A DNA stretch of 63,391 nt, the filler included, from Olpidium bornovanus S191 (taxonomy: Eukaryota > Fungi > Olpidiomycota): assembly GCA_017911155.1 (NCBI GenBank). It is 30 parts of 30 records of this genome, joined end to end, with 100 filler letters (N's around TTAATTAATTAA, not from the genome) between each part and the next. Parts side by side here need not be neighbours in the genome. Positions count along the whole stretch, not along the records: positions 60,892 to 63,391 come from JAEFCI010006209.1; 29 more parts are not named here. One strand, given 5' to 3'. This document shows positions 60,892-63,391 of this stretch, piece after piece (the stretch's first letter is position 1; each line of letters starts with the position of its first letter). Below the pieces are notes generated by a model. That model was not told where the DNA came from. It worked only from the letters and a program-made list of their open reading frames with translations, and made no database searches. A program made the position numbers and the translations under genes.

Positions 60892-62200
60892 CAAAGACCC
60901 GGCGTCGCCACTCCTTTGCCCAAAATACCCTCGACAACGTGGATCGTCTCGTCATCCTCACTGCACCCGGTGGGCGGCTGCGCCTTTCGCTATTAACGTT
61001 CCATTCGACATGTCTCGCAGACCGTGCCTGTTTTCAGCGTGGCTCAAGTGGTAATTTTTTCCGCCGGTCCTTGGAAGATGCGGAGGTACTTCGGGCTAAG
61101 ATGCCCAAGCCGAACGTGCCAGGTCTCATACATATTCGGCCTTGTCCCGCTGTTCATGGCATCATCGTGGCCAGCACATTTGGGGGCTCCATCGAGGTAA
61201 AATAGGCAACCTCAGTCATTTTGAGTGGCCGTCGTGATGACAGTCCCGTCGCAAGAGATATAGGCGTTTCCGTTGGCCATGGAGGCCACTCGAGTATGTT
61301 ATAGGTTGCCCTTGGGATCAAGAACAATGGCATCCTGAATGTTGGCATACGCATTGCATCCTGGAGGATGAGACGCGTCCCCACCGTCAACCTGAATCTC
61401 AACGGTTCGTTCCGCTGTCACAGGCTCGTTGTTCTTAGACGCGGTTCACACCCCTTTGTCAGATGGCCTAGAGTCCCTGAACCATGTAATGCCGGGGATC
61501 AAGTGACGAGTGGCACCGGTATCATCGTGACGAGGTGCCATTTTCTTTTGGCCCCCGCATGTGCATTCGAGAGTTAATTTTCCAACCCTGAGGCGCATGC
61601 TGCTTGGACGCTGTCCTGGCCCTTCTTCATTTTTTTTTTTTTTTTTTTTTGGCAGGCACTTCTCCTTTCCCGGCGGCTTGTTGTTTTTCGGGCTTGCCTT
61701 CCATTTTGCTTTTACGGCGGCGAGGCAGTTGTGCAGCAGGTGTCCCTTCCAGTAGCCGTTGAAGCATTTGACGGTCCTCAAGTCTTTTTTTTTCTCTTCA
61801 CTTCCGTGGCGGCACCAGCCCCTTGCATCATCTTGAAAGCTTTGCTCCTGTTAAAGCGTTGGCTCAGCGCGCTGCCTCTTGTACGGCAGCCAGGCTGTCC
61901 AGGTTTGGCACCATGAGTATAACGCGTGCCCTTGCCTCGGCTTGTAGCCCCTTGTAGAACCTTCCTCCCCGCCGCGCCTTGTCCCTCCGGATGAGGAATT
62001 GCATGTAAAGCGTGCTAAAAGTTTCGATGTACTTGTTGAGGATACCTTCACAGCCGGCTTGCGTGGGCTCCAAGAGGACGTCCGTTGCGGCGCGGACATG
62101 GTTACTTTGGATTGTACGAATCTATAAGCGCCTCTTCGCACTTGTCCACAAGTCCTCTCCATCGTCGACGGCCGTGCTCTGGGAATTGTCTCGTGCGAGA
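60892..62200 (-). mobile_element. Degenerate Ty1/Copia retrotransposon (gag, protease, GAG-pre-integrase), with multiple stops and frameshifts
   Basis: In Copia order on the minus strand: Gag DLWTSAKRRL*...YIETFSTL...FYKGL; broken zinc knuckle CFNGYWKGHLLHNC (61725-61766); protease DTGATRHLIPGITWF (about 61510); GCLFYLD; WHVRLGHLSPKYL (about 61095-61121); and VCETCRMER. Confidence 0.88.
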
Positions 62201-62409
62201 GGGGAAAAGGCGGTCGGAGCGGTCCGCAGTGTCGGTTAGTGTTGTCGCTGGCCTTCCCACGACGGGCGGGAAGTGCACGTAGTGTGTGTCTCTTCCCCCG
62301 CCGGAGGGGGGCGCGCCCCCTTAATTCTCTGCACCTCCTCCCCCTTCCCCATTCTCCCCCGACCTCACTCCCAAACTCCCTCACGCCCCTCCCCCGTGGA
62401 TAGCGCAGC

Positions 62410-63391
62410 ATGGCGGCGTCGGCGTCCGGCGGGATCTCGTTCCGCGAGGCGAAGGAGCAGCGGGAACGGGCGGGGGACGTGATGGCAAGGGCGGACAACG
62501 GCGGCAGGCAGCTGGGATCCGAAAGGTAAAAGCGGCGGAAATAACAGGGAACAGCCGCGTTTGCCGCGTGCGGACAGAGGAAGAAAACGATTTGTTTCGC
62601 TGTTGCTGGAGAAGGTCCATTCTTCCCTTTAATCCTTTCCTGCTCTCCCTGCCGCGACTCCGTTCAGCGACATGTTCCAGCACAACGCTTGGGTGGGTTC
62701 TGCCCTTTCTTGCCCGGGCGCTGTTGCGCAATTCTTCTGCGTGCCCTTGGGCTAGTCGCTGACTGGGGCGCTCGAACGTTTCACTTTAGGATAACGCAGG
62801 TATGGACCAAACGGGAACGACACGCGTAGTCGCTTCTTCCGAGGCAATCTGTTGACTTACCCAGCGCGACTGAATCATGCCGTCGTTTTTTTTTCCCGTT
62901 TCCCCACCTCGCAATTCCGCCAAACAGCGTGGACGGAAAACATGTTGGCCGAGGCGGAAGAGGTTGTGAGACGGCAGTCGGCGAACCCACTGGCGGAGCG
63001 CCGGTTGGAGGAACTCATGCGATCACCTGCCGAATATTGGGACAGGTTTTACAAGTTTCACGAAACATCCTTTTTCAAAGATCGCCATTGGCTGAAAATC
63101 GAATTCCCTGAGGTGTTTGCGGAGTCTGAGGTAGGAAGCGGGAAGGCGAACCTTGGACAACGGGTCCTTGTTACATTAAAAGTTTACGTCATTTGTAATT
63201 GAGGTTAGCCGAATGGAAATGAATTTATCATCTACGAGATCGGCTGCGGCGTCGGCAATTCGGTGTGGCCCATGATCGAGGCCAATAAGAATCCACACCT
63301 GTATATATACGCTTCTGATTTCTCCCAGAGGGCGGTTGACTTGGTTCGGGTGCGTTTTAGCACATTCAGACAAGCTGTTTTGTGTGGAATG
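62410..63391 (+). CDS. TRM140: tRNA m3C32 methyltransferase Trm140/METTL2 family, multi-exon, 3' partial
   Basis: Exons 62410-62525, 62668-62692, 62790-62799, 62928-63130 and from about 63206 splice in phase to give GGRQLGSESDMFQHNAWDNAAWTENM...YWDRFYKFHETSFFKDRHWLKIEFPE...IYEIGCGVGNSVWP...YASDFSQRAV. Confidence 0.95.

Overview
This window is not one locus. It is 30 short (about 1-4 kb) contigs of a fragmented eukaryotic draft assembly, joined by 29 identical 100-bp artificial linkers (44 N + TTAATTAATTAA + 44 N), so neighbours across a linker are not physically linked. The DNA is GC-rich and intron-rich, with many long homopolymer runs. Gene fragments recognised from motif memory (no database search) are: RAD26/CSB, NHX1, PEX10, a C1-domain Pex23/Pex30-family peroxin, VPS41, VPS16, WBP11, LENG1, STOML2, WDR26/GID7, IML1/DEPDC5, TRM140/METTL2, a ZIP transporter, a TRANK1-like helicase, an MRH-repeat sorting receptor, a LEA-like protein, a probable Yap1-like bZIP, and the flagellar genes IFT81 and probably CFAP69. 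Fungal-type genes plus flagellar genes point to a zoosporic fungus; an Olpidium-like organism is my inference only. Decayed elements are a Ty1/Copia fossil, a Gag-like fossil and a disabled multi-Myb gene. I found no tRNA, rRNA, CRISPR array or prokaryotic system. The best novelty lead is an unknown alpha-helical protein with an alternating 27/54-aa repeat whose predicted rise (4.05/8.1 nm) matches the tubulin monomer/dimer spacing. A second strong pattern is that 18 of 60 contig ends fall exactly on CATG, most likely a library signature. No undescribed system is proven from sequence alone.
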